Below are positions 9,244 to 19,457 of a DNA stretch of 64,000 nucleotides, piece by piece (position 1 is the first letter of the stretch; every line of letters begins with the position of its first letter). Where the stretch lies: contig OZ271854.1 of NCBI GenBank assembly GCA_965601925.1, forward strand, positions 4,960,001 through 5,024,000. The letters run 5' to 3'. A program made the position numbers and the translations under genes. Under the pieces are notes generated by a model. That model did not search any database and had not been told where the DNA came from. It saw only the letters and a list, made by a program, of their open reading frames with translations. This DNA is from Alkalispirochaeta sp. GTDB taxonomy: Bacteria; Spirochaetota; Spirochaetia; DSM-27196; Alkalispirochaetaceae.

Positions 9244-11162
9244 GGTGTGTCCTCGCGTCGGCCCACGGGGACGGTGATATGAAAGCGAACACCCCGTCCC
9301 GGAGTCGAGTGCATGGTATACCGTCCATCGAGACGTTCCAACCGTTTTTTGATGTTCCTCAGGCCGAAACCGCTCTTATCCTCTCCACTTCCGAGGCCCC
9401 GGCCGTCGTCGGAGAACTCGAGGATAAGCGCGTCATGCTTGATTCCGGCGTTCAGATGGACTGCACCGGCCTGAGAATGCTTGAGGACATTGGATACGAG
9501 TTCTTCAAGAATTTCCTTGATCTGATGGCTTCGGCGGCCGTCGAACGCCTCCGGCGGTACGTTGACCTTCTCTCGCAGCACAATGCCGCGAATCGCCAAC
9601 CGGTTACGGATTTGCTCCACCATCGCGTCTCCGAGGAGGGGCTCGTCTTCGATGAGGTTGCTGTTTCGGCTGATGAGTCTCTTCATTTCGTCGATGGCTA
9701 CCTCACAATTCGAATCGATACGTTTGAGCATGTCTTCGACCATGACCGGATTCTTATGCAACTCGCTGGAAGCGACGGTGTTGCAGATGTTGATATTGGT
9801 AAGCCGGGCGCCGATGGAATCGTGCATATCCGAGTACAGCTGTTCCCGTTCTTCAATAATCCGTAGTCGAGTATTCTCCCGCTGCAGAGCCAGAACTTCC
9901 CGAGTCCGGCTTTCGACACGCTGCTCCATCTCCTGGGAGTAGCTTTCGATAATATCCAGCAGTTCATTGAAGCGCCGGGCCAAGTAACTGAACTCATCAT
10001 TGCTCTGAATCGTCACCCGTTTATCCCAGTTCTTGTCTTTGACATCGGCGATCACTTCCGTCAAGGTGGTGACGGGCCGGGTAATCATCCCGGTAATGTA
10101 GAACGAGGCCAGCGTCAGGACAATGATGATGAACCCAAGGAGCATCACCGTTCTGACGAATAGGGCCCTGGACAGAAACCTGAACTCCGTATAATCCAAG
10201 CTGACACCGATACTCCAGGAGAAATGGTTTATAGGCACCAGTGCCAGAACCATCCACCTCCCCTCCTCTGCATCCCGGTATACCGTGGCGGTGACCTCTC
10301 GTGATTCAAGGGACTGGTCGTGAAGCTCCCCCAACACCCAATCGTCCATGCTGGGGATAGCGCGCCCCAAAAACTGGCGGGAGGCGTCCAGCTCCGCGAC
10401 GGTTTCCCCATCCAGCGGGGTCACGCTCCGGTACACCAACTCTCTTCTCGTGTGGAGAATCACAATCCCGTCTCTGTTGATGATAAACACTTCCGGCCTC
10501 CGGACGGGAATGGAAACGGGCCGAATGCGGTTCGTGCCGCTCCCCAGAGGCTCCTCGAGGATTTCCGGCTCGGCAAGGAGGGTGTTCAATTCAATGATGT
10601 TCTGCAGGTAGCTCCCGTCGATTTTCAGCACCACGACACCGGCCAGACTGCCGTCTTCGTTCTTGACGGGCGTCGACAGGAACACTCCGGGAATCAGGCT
10701 ACGCAACCCGATGGAATAGTCCGAGATAAACAAATCCGTCTCGCCGCCTACGAGATTTTGGTAATAGGGCCGGAATGAGTAGTCGGTGCCGACAAACCGG
10801 CGGTCCGTGGACGCCCGGCAAACCCCCGCTTCATCCAAGAGGAAGACAACGGAGAACTCTCGGGGATTCGTTGAACGAATATCGTCCAGGAGTGTGTGAA
10901 TCTCCCGAGTATCCTCGTACTGCCGGGAATGAATGAATCCGGTGATATCGGAGTTGAGCGCCAGTTGGTTGACGACGACTCCGGCATGCACCAAATAACG
11001 GTCAAGCTGGTCTTTGACCATCAGCCCCCTGTCGACCAAGTTGTCGAGCTCCATTGTCAGGATGTAATCGGTGCTGGACCGGTGTTGAAACACACTGAAC
11101 AGACTGATGCCCAGGGTGAAAATAGTAACGAAGACGATAAGCAGTCTGATACTGAATCGCAT
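9240..11162 (-). CDS. Sensor histidine kinase (Cache-type periplasmic domain, HAMP, HisKA_3)
   Basis: Two TM segments; Cache-like DYSFRPYYQ; HAMP (ITRPV..DEFSYLARRFN); H-box DMHDSIG; NVLKHS, DDGRG and GFGL boxes. Confidence 0.92.
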   Translation of the reverse strand: MRFSIRLLIVFVTIFTLGISLFSVFQHRSSTDYILTMELDNLVDRGLMVKDQLDRYLVHAGVVVNQLALNSDITGFIHSRQYEDTREIHTLLDDIRSTNPREFSVVFLLDEAGVCRASTDRRFVGTDYSFRPYYQNLVGGETDLFISDYSIGLRSLIPGVFLSTPVKNEDGSLAGVVVLKIDGSYLQNIIELNTLLAEPEILEEPLGSGTNRIRPVSIPVRRPEVFIINRDGIVILHTRRELVYRSVTPLDGETVAELDASRQFLGRAIPSMDDWVLGELHDQSLESREVTATVYRDAEEGRWMVLALVPINHFSWSIGVSLDYTEFRFLSRALFVRTVMLLGFIIIVLTLASFYITGMITRPVTTLTEVIADVKDKNWDKRVTIQSNDEFSYLARRFNELLDIIESYSQEMEQRVESRTREVLALQRENTRLRIIEEREQLYSDMHDSIGARLTNINICNTVASSELHKNPVMVEDMLKRIDSNCEVAIDEMKRLISRNSNLIEDEPLLGDAMVEQIRNRLAIRGIVLREKVNVPPEAFDGRRSHQIKEILEELVSNVLKHSQAGAVHLNAGIKHDALILEFSDDGRGLGSGEDKSGFGLRNIKKRLERLDGRYTMHSTPGRGVRFHITVPVGRREDTP

Positions 11163-11397
11163 AGTTTTCCTCGATAACGCTCCGGGTACATCATACTAGT
11201 TCAGAGCTGCCGAGGATTCAATCCTCAAACCGCGCCGAGCGGGCCACGGTTTTCCGGTGTAAACTACTTCCGTTCGGTGTTCAGGCGGGAAGCGGTGCGA
11301 ACGGAGGAGCGCGCAGTGTGTCGACTCACCGTGTATGGAAGAAACGTCTTCCGTCGGAGCGCCGAAGGCGCGTACAACGATCTCGTAACGGTTATCG

Positions 11398-11426
11398 TTG
11401 ACCCGCATACCCCCGACGGGTATTCT
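11398..11426 (+). promoter_or_regulatory. csoR sigma70 promoter with CsoR-type operator
   Basis: TTGACC (11398) - 17 bp - TATTCT (11421); operator ATACCC-CCGAC-GGGTAT (11407-11423) in the spacer. Confidence 0.85.
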
Positions 11427-11433
11427 CTTTTTT

Positions 11434-11718
11434 ATGCTGCACGAGAAACTGAAACTCTCGATCGCTCATCGCCTCCGGCGGATCGAGGGGCAGGTCGTCG
11501 GCGTCCAAAAAATGGTCGACGAAGAGCGCTACTGCGTAGATATTCTCAACCAGACCGCCGCGATTGTATCGGCGATACGTGGGGTCGAAAATCTGATCGT
11601 GGAACACCATCTCGATACCTGCGTCTCCGACGCGATGCGAAGCGGCGACGCCGACGCGCAACGTCGGAAGATCTCCGAGGTTATGGACGTCATCGGAACG
11701 TATCGCAAGCACGGATGA
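11434..11718 (+). CDS. csoR: CsoR/RcnR family metal-sensing repressor
   Basis: RLRRIEGQV, RYCVDIL and HHLDTCV (Cys-His-Cys ligands). Confidence 0.88.
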   Translation: MLHEKLKLSIAHRLRRIEGQVVGVQKMVDEERYCVDILNQTAAIVSAIRGVENLIVEHHLDTCVSDAMRSGDADAQRRKISEVMDVIGTYRKHG

Positions 11719-11770
11719 GACGCGTCGACGAAACGTTCGCGCGCTACGGTATGAACACGTCCGGGATACC

Positions 11771-12880
11771 ATGGGCAGACATCTCGTATTAGTCGGCGGC
11801 GGTCACGCACACATGGTGACGCTGGCCAACGTGCGGCGATTTGTGAAGCGCTCGCATCGGGTGACGGTGATCGGGCCTTCGGTGCACCACTACTATTCGG
11901 GTATGGGGCCCGGGCTACTGGGCGGAACGTACGCCGCTGAGGAAATCCGCTTCGCAACGCGTCGTATTGTCGAGCGACAGGGGGGACGATTCGTATGCGG
12001 CGCAGTACAGCGCATCGATCCGGAAGATCGCAGGCTGTTTCTTGATACCGGCGAGACCGTCGCCTATGACGTCGCGTCCTTCAATGTCGGAAGTATCGTG
12101 CGTAGCGACACCGTGCGCATTAAGAACTCGACGGTCTTTCCGGTAAAGCCGATCGAAACGTTGCTCCGAGCGCGAAACCACATTCGAGACGCATCGACGC
12201 AGAGAGGTCTCCGGATCGGCGTAGTGGGAGGAGGACCGGCCGCGGCGGAGATCGCCGGTAACATCGGACACCTCGTTCGCGGAGAGGGAATCCGTCGGCC
12301 GACCGTCACGATCCTCACCGCCCGCCGTTTCATGGATTCCGTCCCCGAAGCCGCCAGGCGCTGTATCGCGCGGCACCTGGCGCGACACAACATCGGGATA
12401 TCAGAACACGACCCCGTAACGACGGTACGGAATAACCGCATCGAAACGAAGGCCGGCCGTTCATACGAGGTCGATATCACCTTTCTCGCCATGGGCATCA
12501 GCCCGACACCGATTTTCCGCGGCTCGGGGCTACCGACCGGCCCCGACGGCGGTCTGTCGGTCAATCGATATCTTCAAAGCTGCGCGTATCCCGAGCTATT
12601 CGGCGGCGGCGATTGCATCCACTTCGCCGATCATCCGCTCGCTAAGGTCGGCGTGCACGCCGTGCGGGAAAGCCCGATTCTCTGTTACAACCTCATGGCG
12701 ACATTGGAGGAGAGGCCGCTTCGGCCGTTCTCCCCTCGCAATGGATACCTACTCATTCTCAATGTCGGTGATATCGGAATCTTGCGAAAGGGGCGATTCA
12801 TCGTTGCGAGCCCCGCAATAAAACGGCTCAAAGACTCCATCGATCGCCGGTTCATGCGACGATATCAAGCCTTGGAGTAG
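11771..12880 (+). CDS. FAD-dependent pyridine nucleotide-disulfide oxidoreductase (NDH-2-like / SelD-associated type)
   Basis: LVLVGGGHAH, YYSGMGPG, VVGGGPAAAE, FGGGDC, KVGVHAVR, LKDSIDRRFM. Confidence 0.8.
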   Translation: MGRHLVLVGGGHAHMVTLANVRRFVKRSHRVTVIGPSVHHYYSGMGPGLLGGTYAAEEIRFATRRIVERQGGRFVCGAVQRIDPEDRRLFLDTGETVAYDVASFNVGSIVRSDTVRIKNSTVFPVKPIETLLRARNHIRDASTQRGLRIGVVGGGPAAAEIAGNIGHLVRGEGIRRPTVTILTARRFMDSVPEAARRCIARHLARHNIGISEHDPVTTVRNNRIETKAGRSYEVDITFLAMGISPTPIFRGSGLPTGPDGGLSVNRYLQSCAYPELFGGGDCIHFADHPLAKVGVHAVRESPILCYNLMATLEERPLRPFSPRNGYLLILNVGDIGILRKGRFIVASPAIKRLKDSIDRRFMRRYQALE

Positions 12881-13032
12881 ACCGCACGCCGCTGCCGGTC
12901 CCGGTAACGTCGCGTACAAAGCGAGCTACCGGAAATCGGGTCGGCCTACGCGGAGCGGAAGGGGTATGTGAAGACGCGATGCGGCGTGGATCACGATCTC
13001 TTTTACGCTCTTTTTGCGCTATTGCAGCCTTT

Positions 13033-13085
13033 AAAAGATCAAAACGATCTTTTTCATTGACGAATCGATCATGCAATGATACAAA
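13033..13085 (+). promoter_or_regulatory. ulaG promoter with upstream inverted repeat (putative DeoR-family operator)
   Basis: AAAAGATC-N5-GATCTTTT (13033-13053); TTGACG (13057) - 17 bp - TACAAA (13080) with extended TG. Confidence 0.6.
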
Positions 13086-13094
13086 GAGAGCACT

Positions 13095-14156
13095 ATGAAC
13101 GTTTCAGAAATCACCAAAGATCGATGGCTCCATGATGTGTTCCCGGAATGGGGTACCTGGTTGAACGAAGAGATCGAAGAGGAAGTCGTAAAACCGGGAA
13201 CCTTCGCCATGTGGTGGTTGGGTTGTACGGGCATCTGGATAAAGTCCGAAGGCAACGCCAACCTCATGATCGACTTCTGGACGAAAAGCGGAAAGCGAAC
13301 GAAGAAAAACAAGCTGATGCGCAAGCATCACCAACACCAACGCATGATCGGATGCGTAGCGTTGCAGCCCAACCTCAGAAACGCGCCGTGTGTGCTCGAT
13401 CCGTTCGAGATCAGAACCGTCGATGCGGTGTTGGCGACTCACGACCACGGCGATCATATCGATCCGTACGTCGCGGCGGCCGTCCTGCAAAACTGCGCTC
13501 CCGACGTTCCCTTCATCGGCCCTCAATCGTGCGTCGATCTGTGGACGTCATGGGGCGTACCGGAGGCGCGCTGCACCGTCGTACACCCCGGTGACACCGT
13601 AACGATCAAAGACACGACAATCGCGGTCCTCGAGTCGTTCGACCGCACGGAGCTCGTAACGGCCCCCGACGATGTGGTGTTGAAGGGCAAGCCGGTGCGC
13701 GAGATGAACGAGATCGCGGTGAACTATCTTATCAAGACCCCGGGAGGCAATCTCTATCACGGCGGCGATTCGCACTACTCCAACTACTTCGCGAAACACG
13801 GCAACGATCACGATATCGATGTAGCGTTGGGAGCGTTCGGCGAGAATCCCCGCGGTATGACCGACAAGATCAACGCGTTCGACATGCTGCGCATGGCCGA
13901 GTCTCTCAAGACCAAAGTGATTATCCCGGTCCACCACGACATATGGACGAACTTCATGGCGAACCCACAAGAAATTTTGACCTTGTGGAACATGAAAAAG
14001 GATCGTCTCAAATACCAATTCAAGCCGTACATCTGGCAGGTCGGGGGTAAGTTCAGCTGGCCGGAAAACAAGGACGATCTCGAGTTCATGTTCGACCGCG
14101 GATTTCACGACGCATTCGCCATTGAGCCCGACTTACCCTTTCCGTCGCTTCTGTAG
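13095..14156 (+). CDS. ulaG: L-ascorbate-6-phosphate lactonase
   Basis: [30 protein letters not shown] metallo-beta-lactamase motif, GDSHYSN. Confidence 0.95.
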   Translation: MNVSEITKDRWLHDVFPEWGTWLNEEIEEEVVKPGTFAMWWLGCTGIWIKSEGNANLMIDFWTKSGKRTKKNKLMRKHHQHQRMIGCVALQPNLRNAPCVLDPFEIRTVDAVLATHDHGDHIDPYVAAAVLQNCAPDVPFIGPQSCVDLWTSWGVPEARCTVVHPGDTVTIKDTTIAVLESFDRTELVTAPDDVVLKGKPVREMNEIAVNYLIKTPGGNLYHGGDSHYSNYFAKHGNDHDIDVALGAFGENPRGMTDKINAFDMLRMAESLKTKVIIPVHHDIWTNFMANPQEILTLWNMKKDRLKYQFKPYIWQVGGKFSWPENKDDLEFMFDRGFHDAFAIEPDLPFPSLL

Positions 14157-14316
14157 CCGCCGCCTCTCGCAGGCGGGAGACGACGTATCCCGCCTGCCGC
14201 CGGGTATTACTCCCTCGCTTGATGCCACCTTCACATCCGCGTCGATTTTTGCCACCGCTCGGCTATATACGATAGAATCGGCATCCGAGAATCGATTGCA
14301 ATGAGCGAGGAAAACG

Positions 14317-15102
14317 ATGAGAAACAGCTCCATTTCCCAAAAACGGCAACAACAGATCATGCAGCGCTTGTACGAGGCGGGAAAAGTCACCGTAAACGAG
14401 TTGAGCCGAGACTTCGACGTCTCGCCGATTACCATTCGTCGCGACCTCGACCTCTTGGGCGATGAGGGACTTCTCGATCGCGTTCACGGCGGAGCAACGA
14501 TTACGAAGGGAAACCCAAACGAGTTGCTGTTCTCCGAGAAGGACCATACGAACATCCAGGAGAAAGACGCTATCGGGAGAGCCGCGGCGGGGATGCTGGC
14601 CGACGGCGACACGGTTTTGCTCAACAGCGGCTCTACGACTCTACAGGTGCTGCGCCACATCGGCAGCAAAAAAGTCCGCGTCATCACCAATAATGCGGCC
14701 GCCATGAACGTCGACCGCGACCCAACGGTGGAGCTTATCATCGTCGGAGGCGAGCATCGCGCAACGTCGCACTCCTTAGTCGGGGAGCTCGCGGTCATGA
14801 ACTTATCGCAGGTCTACGGGAGCTGCGCCATGCTCGGTGTAAACGGCATCGACGCGGCCGGCGGCCTCACCTCGTCGGTATACCAGGAAACGGGAGTAAA
14901 CCGCGCCATGATCGAACGTAGTCGCGGGCCGGTCATGGTCTTGGCCGATCATACGAAGCTCGGTGTAGTGTCGAACTTTCTTACGACCTCGATACAGCAC
15001 GTCGATACGCTCATAACCGATGAGAGCGCCGACGAGAATGTTATCCGCACCCTGGAGCAGGCGGGCCTGCGTGTCGTCATAGCTCAAAAAGAACTCTTAT
15101 AA
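14317..15102 (+). CDS. DeoR/GlpR family regulator (UlaR-like)
   Basis: HTH VSPITIRRDL..RVHGGA; DeoR C-terminal domain (NSGSTT, VITN, LADHTK). Confidence 0.92.
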   Translation: MRNSSISQKRQQQIMQRLYEAGKVTVNELSRDFDVSPITIRRDLDLLGDEGLLDRVHGGATITKGNPNELLFSEKDHTNIQEKDAIGRAAAGMLADGDTVLLNSGSTTLQVLRHIGSKKVRVITNNAAAMNVDRDPTVELIIVGGEHRATSHSLVGELAVMNLSQVYGSCAMLGVNGIDAAGGLTSSVYQETGVNRAMIERSRGPVMVLADHTKLGVVSNFLTTSIQHVDTLITDESADENVIRTLEQAGLRVVIAQKELL

Positions 15103-15141
15103 CATTCAAAAAGAGCATACAACATGCTCTTTTTGAATGTT
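15101..15141. repeat. Perfect 18-bp inverted repeat with 5-nt spacer (terminator and/or operator) between regulator and ulaA
   Basis: AACATTCAAAAAGAGCAT-ACAAC-ATGCTCTTTTTGAATGTT. Confidence 0.75.
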
Positions 15142-15237
15142 TTGCTTGTGTTTTCACCGAACTCGGGTTACGATCATCCAACCTACATAGCACGACGTTG
15201 CGCTTCGACCGGCAGCGTTCAGTAAAAGGAGACGCGG

Positions 15238-16650
15238 ATGATTGAGATTTTTCTCGAATTTGTGAACAAATTCTTAGGCAGAGCACCGCTGTTGCTCGGT
15301 ACCGTGACCCTCATCGGATACCTGTTGCTGAAACAACCGCGCAAAGCGATCCCGGGATTCATCAAGGCGTACGTCGGGTTTCGGATCTTGCAGGTCGGTG
15401 CCGGTGGCTTGGTCGGTACCTTCCGCCCGATCATCGATGCGGTACGCGCTCGCTTCGGCGTGTCGGCTTTGGTAATCGACCCGTATTTCGGTCAGACCTC
15501 GGCTACCGAGGGTCTCGACGTGTTCGGCTCGCTCCAGTTCGTCGGCTACGTCATGATCATCGCCTTCGCGTTCAACATTGTATTGGTGGCCTTGCGCAAA
15601 TACACCAAGATTCGCGCGCTCTTCATTACCGGCCACATCATGTACCAACAGTCGGCGGTGCTTCTGTGGGCGGTGTACTGGGTCATTCAGGGAGGCACGG
15701 GCCAACCGGTCTCCCCGCTGATCTGGATCGTATGCGGTCTTCTGATCGGTACCTACTGGTCGGTCTCTTCCAACCTGACCATTGAGGCGACGCAACACGT
15801 CACCAACGGCGCCGGGTTCACCTTGGGACACCAGCAGATGTTCGGTGCGTGGTTCGCCTACAAGCTCGGTAAGGCGGTCGGCGGTAACAGCAAGAGCGTC
15901 AACGAGGGCGAAAGCTCCGGTTTAGCGGCTCTGTTGAACGACAACGTCGTGGCCAACACCGTGCTGATGACCTTCTTTGTCGGTATCATCATGCTCATCT
16001 TGGGCCGCGACACCTTCACCTACAACACCGACCAGTACTACTTCGCGACCTACATCTTCGAGACGACGGCGCTGTTCGCCGTGTATATCGCGATATTGCA
16101 GATGGGCGTGCGTATGTTCGTTGCCGAGCTGACGGCGTCGTTCCACGGAATCTCGGATCGGGTTCTCAAAGGTGCGGTCCCGGCGGTCGACTGCGCAGTC
16201 ACCTTCGGCTTTTCACCCAACGCCCCGAGCTTCGGCTTCATGTTCGGTTTCTTCGGGCAGATGATTGCGATCGTGACGCTGATCGCCGTTCGCTCTCCGG
16301 TCGTGATCCTGGCGGGATTCATCAGCTTGTTCTTCGATAACGGTACCTTGGCGGTCTACGCCAACGCCTCCGGCGGGCGTCGCGCCGCGGCGATCATCCC
16401 CTTCGTGTCGGGCTTGATTCAGGTCTTCGGTTCGGCCGCGGTTTTAACGGTCCTGCGCGACAGTCCCAACGTAGTGGGTTGGATGGGTATGTTCGACTGG
16501 GCGACGCTCTGGTCCGGTACCGTGCTCTTGACCGACGTGCTGGGCATCATCGTTCCGATTCTGCTGATCCCGGCTCTGTTGATCATCCCGCAGATTCAGT
16601 ACCGGCACACCAAGGAGAACTACTTCACCACGATGAGAACCGATAAGTAG
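15238..16650 (+). CDS. ulaA: PTS ascorbate transporter subunit IIC
   Basis: LFITGHIM, GFTLGHQQ, GVRMFVAEL, PAVDC, FFDNG, GMFDW motifs. Confidence 0.93.
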   Translation: MIEIFLEFVNKFLGRAPLLLGTVTLIGYLLLKQPRKAIPGFIKAYVGFRILQVGAGGLVGTFRPIIDAVRARFGVSALVIDPYFGQTSATEGLDVFGSLQFVGYVMIIAFAFNIVLVALRKYTKIRALFITGHIMYQQSAVLLWAVYWVIQGGTGQPVSPLIWIVCGLLIGTYWSVSSNLTIEATQHVTNGAGFTLGHQQMFGAWFAYKLGKAVGGNSKSVNEGESSGLAALLNDNVVANTVLMTFFVGIIMLILGRDTFTYNTDQYYFATYIFETTALFAVYIAILQMGVRMFVAELTASFHGISDRVLKGAVPAVDCAVTFGFSPNAPSFGFMFGFFGQMIAIVTLIAVRSPVVILAGFISLFFDNGTLAVYANASGGRRAAAIIPFVSGLIQVFGSAAVLTVLRDSPNVVGWMGMFDWATLWSGTVLLTDVLGIIVPILLIPALLIIPQIQYRHTKENYFTTMRTDK

Positions 16651-16671
16651 GCGACGCATTTCCCGTCCTCC

Positions 16672-16695
16672 GCGGAGGGGTCGACACCCCTCCGC
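16672..16695. other. Intercistronic GC hairpin between ulaA and ulaB
   Basis: GCGGAGGGGT-CGAC-ACCCCTCCGC, perfect 10-bp stem. Confidence 0.6.
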
Positions 16696-16734
16696 CGCGT
16701 TTACGGCAATTCGGAGAGAAGGAGTATCGGATCG

Positions 16735-17025
16735 ATGAAAATCTTGGCAATTTGCGGAAACGGAATGGGCACCAGCTTAGTCATTAAGCTGAAGGTGAAG
16801 AAGTTCTTGGATGCCGCCGGCATCGACGCCCAGGTAGAGTCGTGTTCCTTGGGCGAGGCGTCCGGACACCTCGCGACCGGTGTCGACATCGCAATCTGTT
16901 CGCAGCAGCTGGTCGGCGGCATAAATGCGCCGGAGCGCACGCATGTAGTCGGCCTCAAAAACCTCATGGACGAAAACGAGTTCGGCCCCAAGCTCCTGGC
17001 GATCGTAGGGGGACGTGACGAGTGA
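16735..17025 (+). CDS. ulaB: PTS ascorbate subunit IIB
   Basis: ICGNGMGTS phospho-Cys loop. Confidence 0.9.
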   Translation: MKILAICGNGMGTSLVIKLKVKKFLDAAGIDAQVESCSLGEASGHLATGVDIAICSQQLVGGINAPERTHVVGLKNLMDENEFGPKLLAIVGGRDE

Positions 17026-17480
17026 CCTTCGTCGAACAGCTTTTGGCGCGTAATACCATCGCGATCAAGGTCCACGCAGCGGATTGGAAAGAGGCGGTAA
17101 AGGTCGGAACCGATCTGTTGGTCTCCGCCGGCACGATCGAGGAGCGTTACTATGACGAGATCCTCAAGTGCCACGAAGAGTTGGGCCCCTATTATCTCTT
17201 GGCACCGGGTCTCGCCATGCCCCACGCACGGCCGGAGAGCGGCGTCATCGAGACCAGCTTCGCCTTGGTGACCCTCGAGGAGCCGGTGGAGTTCGGCGAC
17301 GAGTACAACGACCCCATCGACATTCTCATTACCATGGCGGCGAAGGACGCGAAGACGCAAAACGAAGAGGCGATCGTGCAGGTCGTCACCCTCCTCGACG
17401 ACGAGGAGACGGTCGCCGCGCTGCGGGGTGCCGTCGACGTTGCAGCGGCACGCGCAGTGCTTACGAGCATCAAGGAGTAA
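17022..17480 (+). CDS. ulaC: PTS ascorbate subunit IIA
   Basis: LGPYYLLAPGLAMPHARPESGV. Confidence 0.9.
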   Translation: MTFVEQLLARNTIAIKVHAADWKEAVKVGTDLLVSAGTIEERYYDEILKCHEELGPYYLLAPGLAMPHARPESGVIETSFALVTLEEPVEFGDEYNDPIDILITMAAKDAKTQNEEAIVQVVTLLDDEETVAALRGAVDVAAARAVLTSIKE

Positions 17481-17483
17481 CTC

Positions 17484-18134
17484 ATGGCCATACCGCTACT
17501 ACAAGTGGCGCTCGACAATCTGCAGCTGGACGAAGCGCTCGCCTCGACTCGTCTCCTCGCGCCGGAGCTCGATGTCATCGAGGCGGGCACACTGCTGTGT
17601 CTATCCGAGGGCGCCGACAGCGTACGCGTCCTCTCTACGCTCTATCCGGACAACATCATCGTCGCCGACCTCAAAATCGTCGACGCCGGCGGAGAACTCG
17701 CCGATATGGCGTGTCGCTCCGGCGCCGACTGGGTGACGGTGATGTGTAACGCCGCCGACGCGACCAAGGAGAAAGCGATCCGAGGCGCGGGGCAACACGA
17801 TGGAGAGGTACAGATTGAACTATTCGGCAACTGGACCTTTGACGAGGCTGCGGCGTGGCGGGAGCTCGGCATCAAGCAAGTGATCTACCATCAGAGCCGT
17901 GACGCGCTCAACGCGGGCGCATCGTGGGGCGAGGAGAACATGCGGATCGTCCGTCGGCTCGCCGATATGGGCTTTGAGGTTTCGGTCACCGGCGGGCTCG
18001 AGCTCGACACGCTCAAGCTTTTTGCCGGCATCCCGGTCAAGTGCTTCATCGCGGGGCGCAGCCTGAGGAACGCCGCCGACCCCGCTGCCGAGGCGCGCTC
18101 GTGGAAGAACGAGATCGCGACTCATTGGTCCTAA
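17484..18134 (+). CDS. ulaD: 3-keto-L-gulonate-6-phosphate decarboxylase
   Basis: LQVALD, IEAGT, ADLKIVDAG, VSVTGG, FIAGR. Confidence 0.93.
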   Translation: MAIPLLQVALDNLQLDEALASTRLLAPELDVIEAGTLLCLSEGADSVRVLSTLYPDNIIVADLKIVDAGGELADMACRSGADWVTVMCNAADATKEKAIRGAGQHDGEVQIELFGNWTFDEAAAWRELGIKQVIYHQSRDALNAGASWGEENMRIVRRLADMGFEVSVTGGLELDTLKLFAGIPVKCFIAGRSLRNAADPAAEARSWKNEIATHWS

Positions 18135-18157
18135 CGAGTCGAAAAGGACGGAGCGAG

Positions 18158-19030
18158 ATGTACAAGATCGACGAGCCGGCGCTCGGTATTTACGAGAAAG
18201 CGCTCCCCCCGGTCGAGAGCTGGCGGGAGAAGCTCTCCGTCGCCAAGGAGGCGGGGTACGCCTTTGTAGAGCTATCGGTCGACGAGAGCGACGAACGCCT
18301 CGAGCGCCTCCGGTGGGGTGAACGCGAGCGCGCCTCGCTGCGCGAGGCGATCGCCGAGACCGGGGTGCGTATTCCTTCAATGTGCCTCTCCGCCCACCGC
18401 CGTTTCCCGCTCGGGAGTGAGAACGTCCGGACGCGGGAGAGAGCGTTCGAAATTATGAAACAAGCGATCGAGCTCGCCGTCGACGTCGGAATTCGCAACG
18501 TTCAACTGGCAGGTTACGACGTCTACTACGAAACGGGAAATGCCGCCACGCGACGTAACTTCGTGGAGGCACTGAAGCGGGCGATCAGATGGGCGGCTCG
18601 CGCGGAAGTAATGCTCAGTATGGAGATCATGGACCATCCGCTTATGAACTCAATCGGTCGCTTCATGGAACTCGCCGAGCAGGCGCCCTCTCCGTGGTTC
18701 ACCGTCTATCCCGACATCGGGAATCTGTCGGCGTGGGGCAACGATATCGAACGCGAGTTCTCGCGCGGTATCGAAAGGATCACGGCGGTGCATCTCAAGG
18801 ATACCAAGGCGGTCACGGGAACCTTCAGCGGTCAATTCAAAGAGGTGCCGTTCGGCGAAGGGTGCGTCGACTTCGTCGAGTTTTTTCGTATCATGGCGGA
18901 TCTCGACTACTCAGGCCCGTTCGTCATCGAGATGTGGACCGAAAAGGCCCCGGACCCCATACGTGAGATCACGCACGCACGGCGATGGATTTTGGATAAG
19001 ATGGCCGAAGGCGGCTTTTCCTTACAATAA
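18158..19030 (+). CDS. ulaE: L-ribulose-5-phosphate 3-epimerase
   Basis: LGIYEKALP, SMCLSAHRRFPLGS, IRNVQLAGYDVYYE, YPDIGN, HLKD; start at ATG 18158. Confidence 0.93.
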   Translation: MYKIDEPALGIYEKALPPVESWREKLSVAKEAGYAFVELSVDESDERLERLRWGERERASLREAIAETGVRIPSMCLSAHRRFPLGSENVRTRERAFEIMKQAIELAVDVGIRNVQLAGYDVYYETGNAATRRNFVEALKRAIRWAARAEVMLSMEIMDHPLMNSIGRFMELAEQAPSPWFTVYPDIGNLSAWGNDIEREFSRGIERITAVHLKDTKAVTGTFSGQFKEVPFGEGCVDFVEFFRIMADLDYSGPFVIEMWTEKAPDPIREITHARRWILDKMAEGGFSLQ

Positions 19031-19181
19031 ACGTCCCGGAACGCCGCGCTTTGGGCGTACAATACAGCCGGCAATCCGCACCACCCTCCCGAGCGACGAT
19101 CGGTCGCCGGTTGAGTCGGATCGGGTTGGACCGTACGAAACGCGCCGCCGGTGCGCATGGTGGGCCGGCAAGGAGATGCAG

Positions 19182-19442
19182 ATGGTATCGAGAGAGATAG
19201 AAATCGTGAACGAGACGGGACTACATACGCGACCCGGAAAACGGTTCGTCGACGAGGCCAAAAAGTTCGCGTGCGACGTACTCGTGCGCAAGGGTGACGT
19301 GGAGTGTAACGCCAAGAGCTTGCTCAAACTCCTGAAAGTCGGCATCTCCAAAGGAAATCGCATTACGATCGTCTGCGACGGCGAGGGCGAGGGTGCGGCG
19401 CTGGAGTCGCTCTGCGACTTCGTTGCGGCCCTTCAAGAGTAG
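19182..19442 (+). CDS. ptsH: Phosphocarrier protein HPr
   Basis: GLHTRP (His15) and NAKSLL (Ser46); SD AAGGAG 6 nt before ATG 19182. Confidence 0.92.
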   Translation: MVSREIEIVNETGLHTRPGKRFVDEAKKFACDVLVRKGDVECNAKSLLKLLKVGISKGNRITIVCDGEGEGAALESLCDFVAALQE

Positions 19443-19457
19443 CTTCGGAGTACGCAT

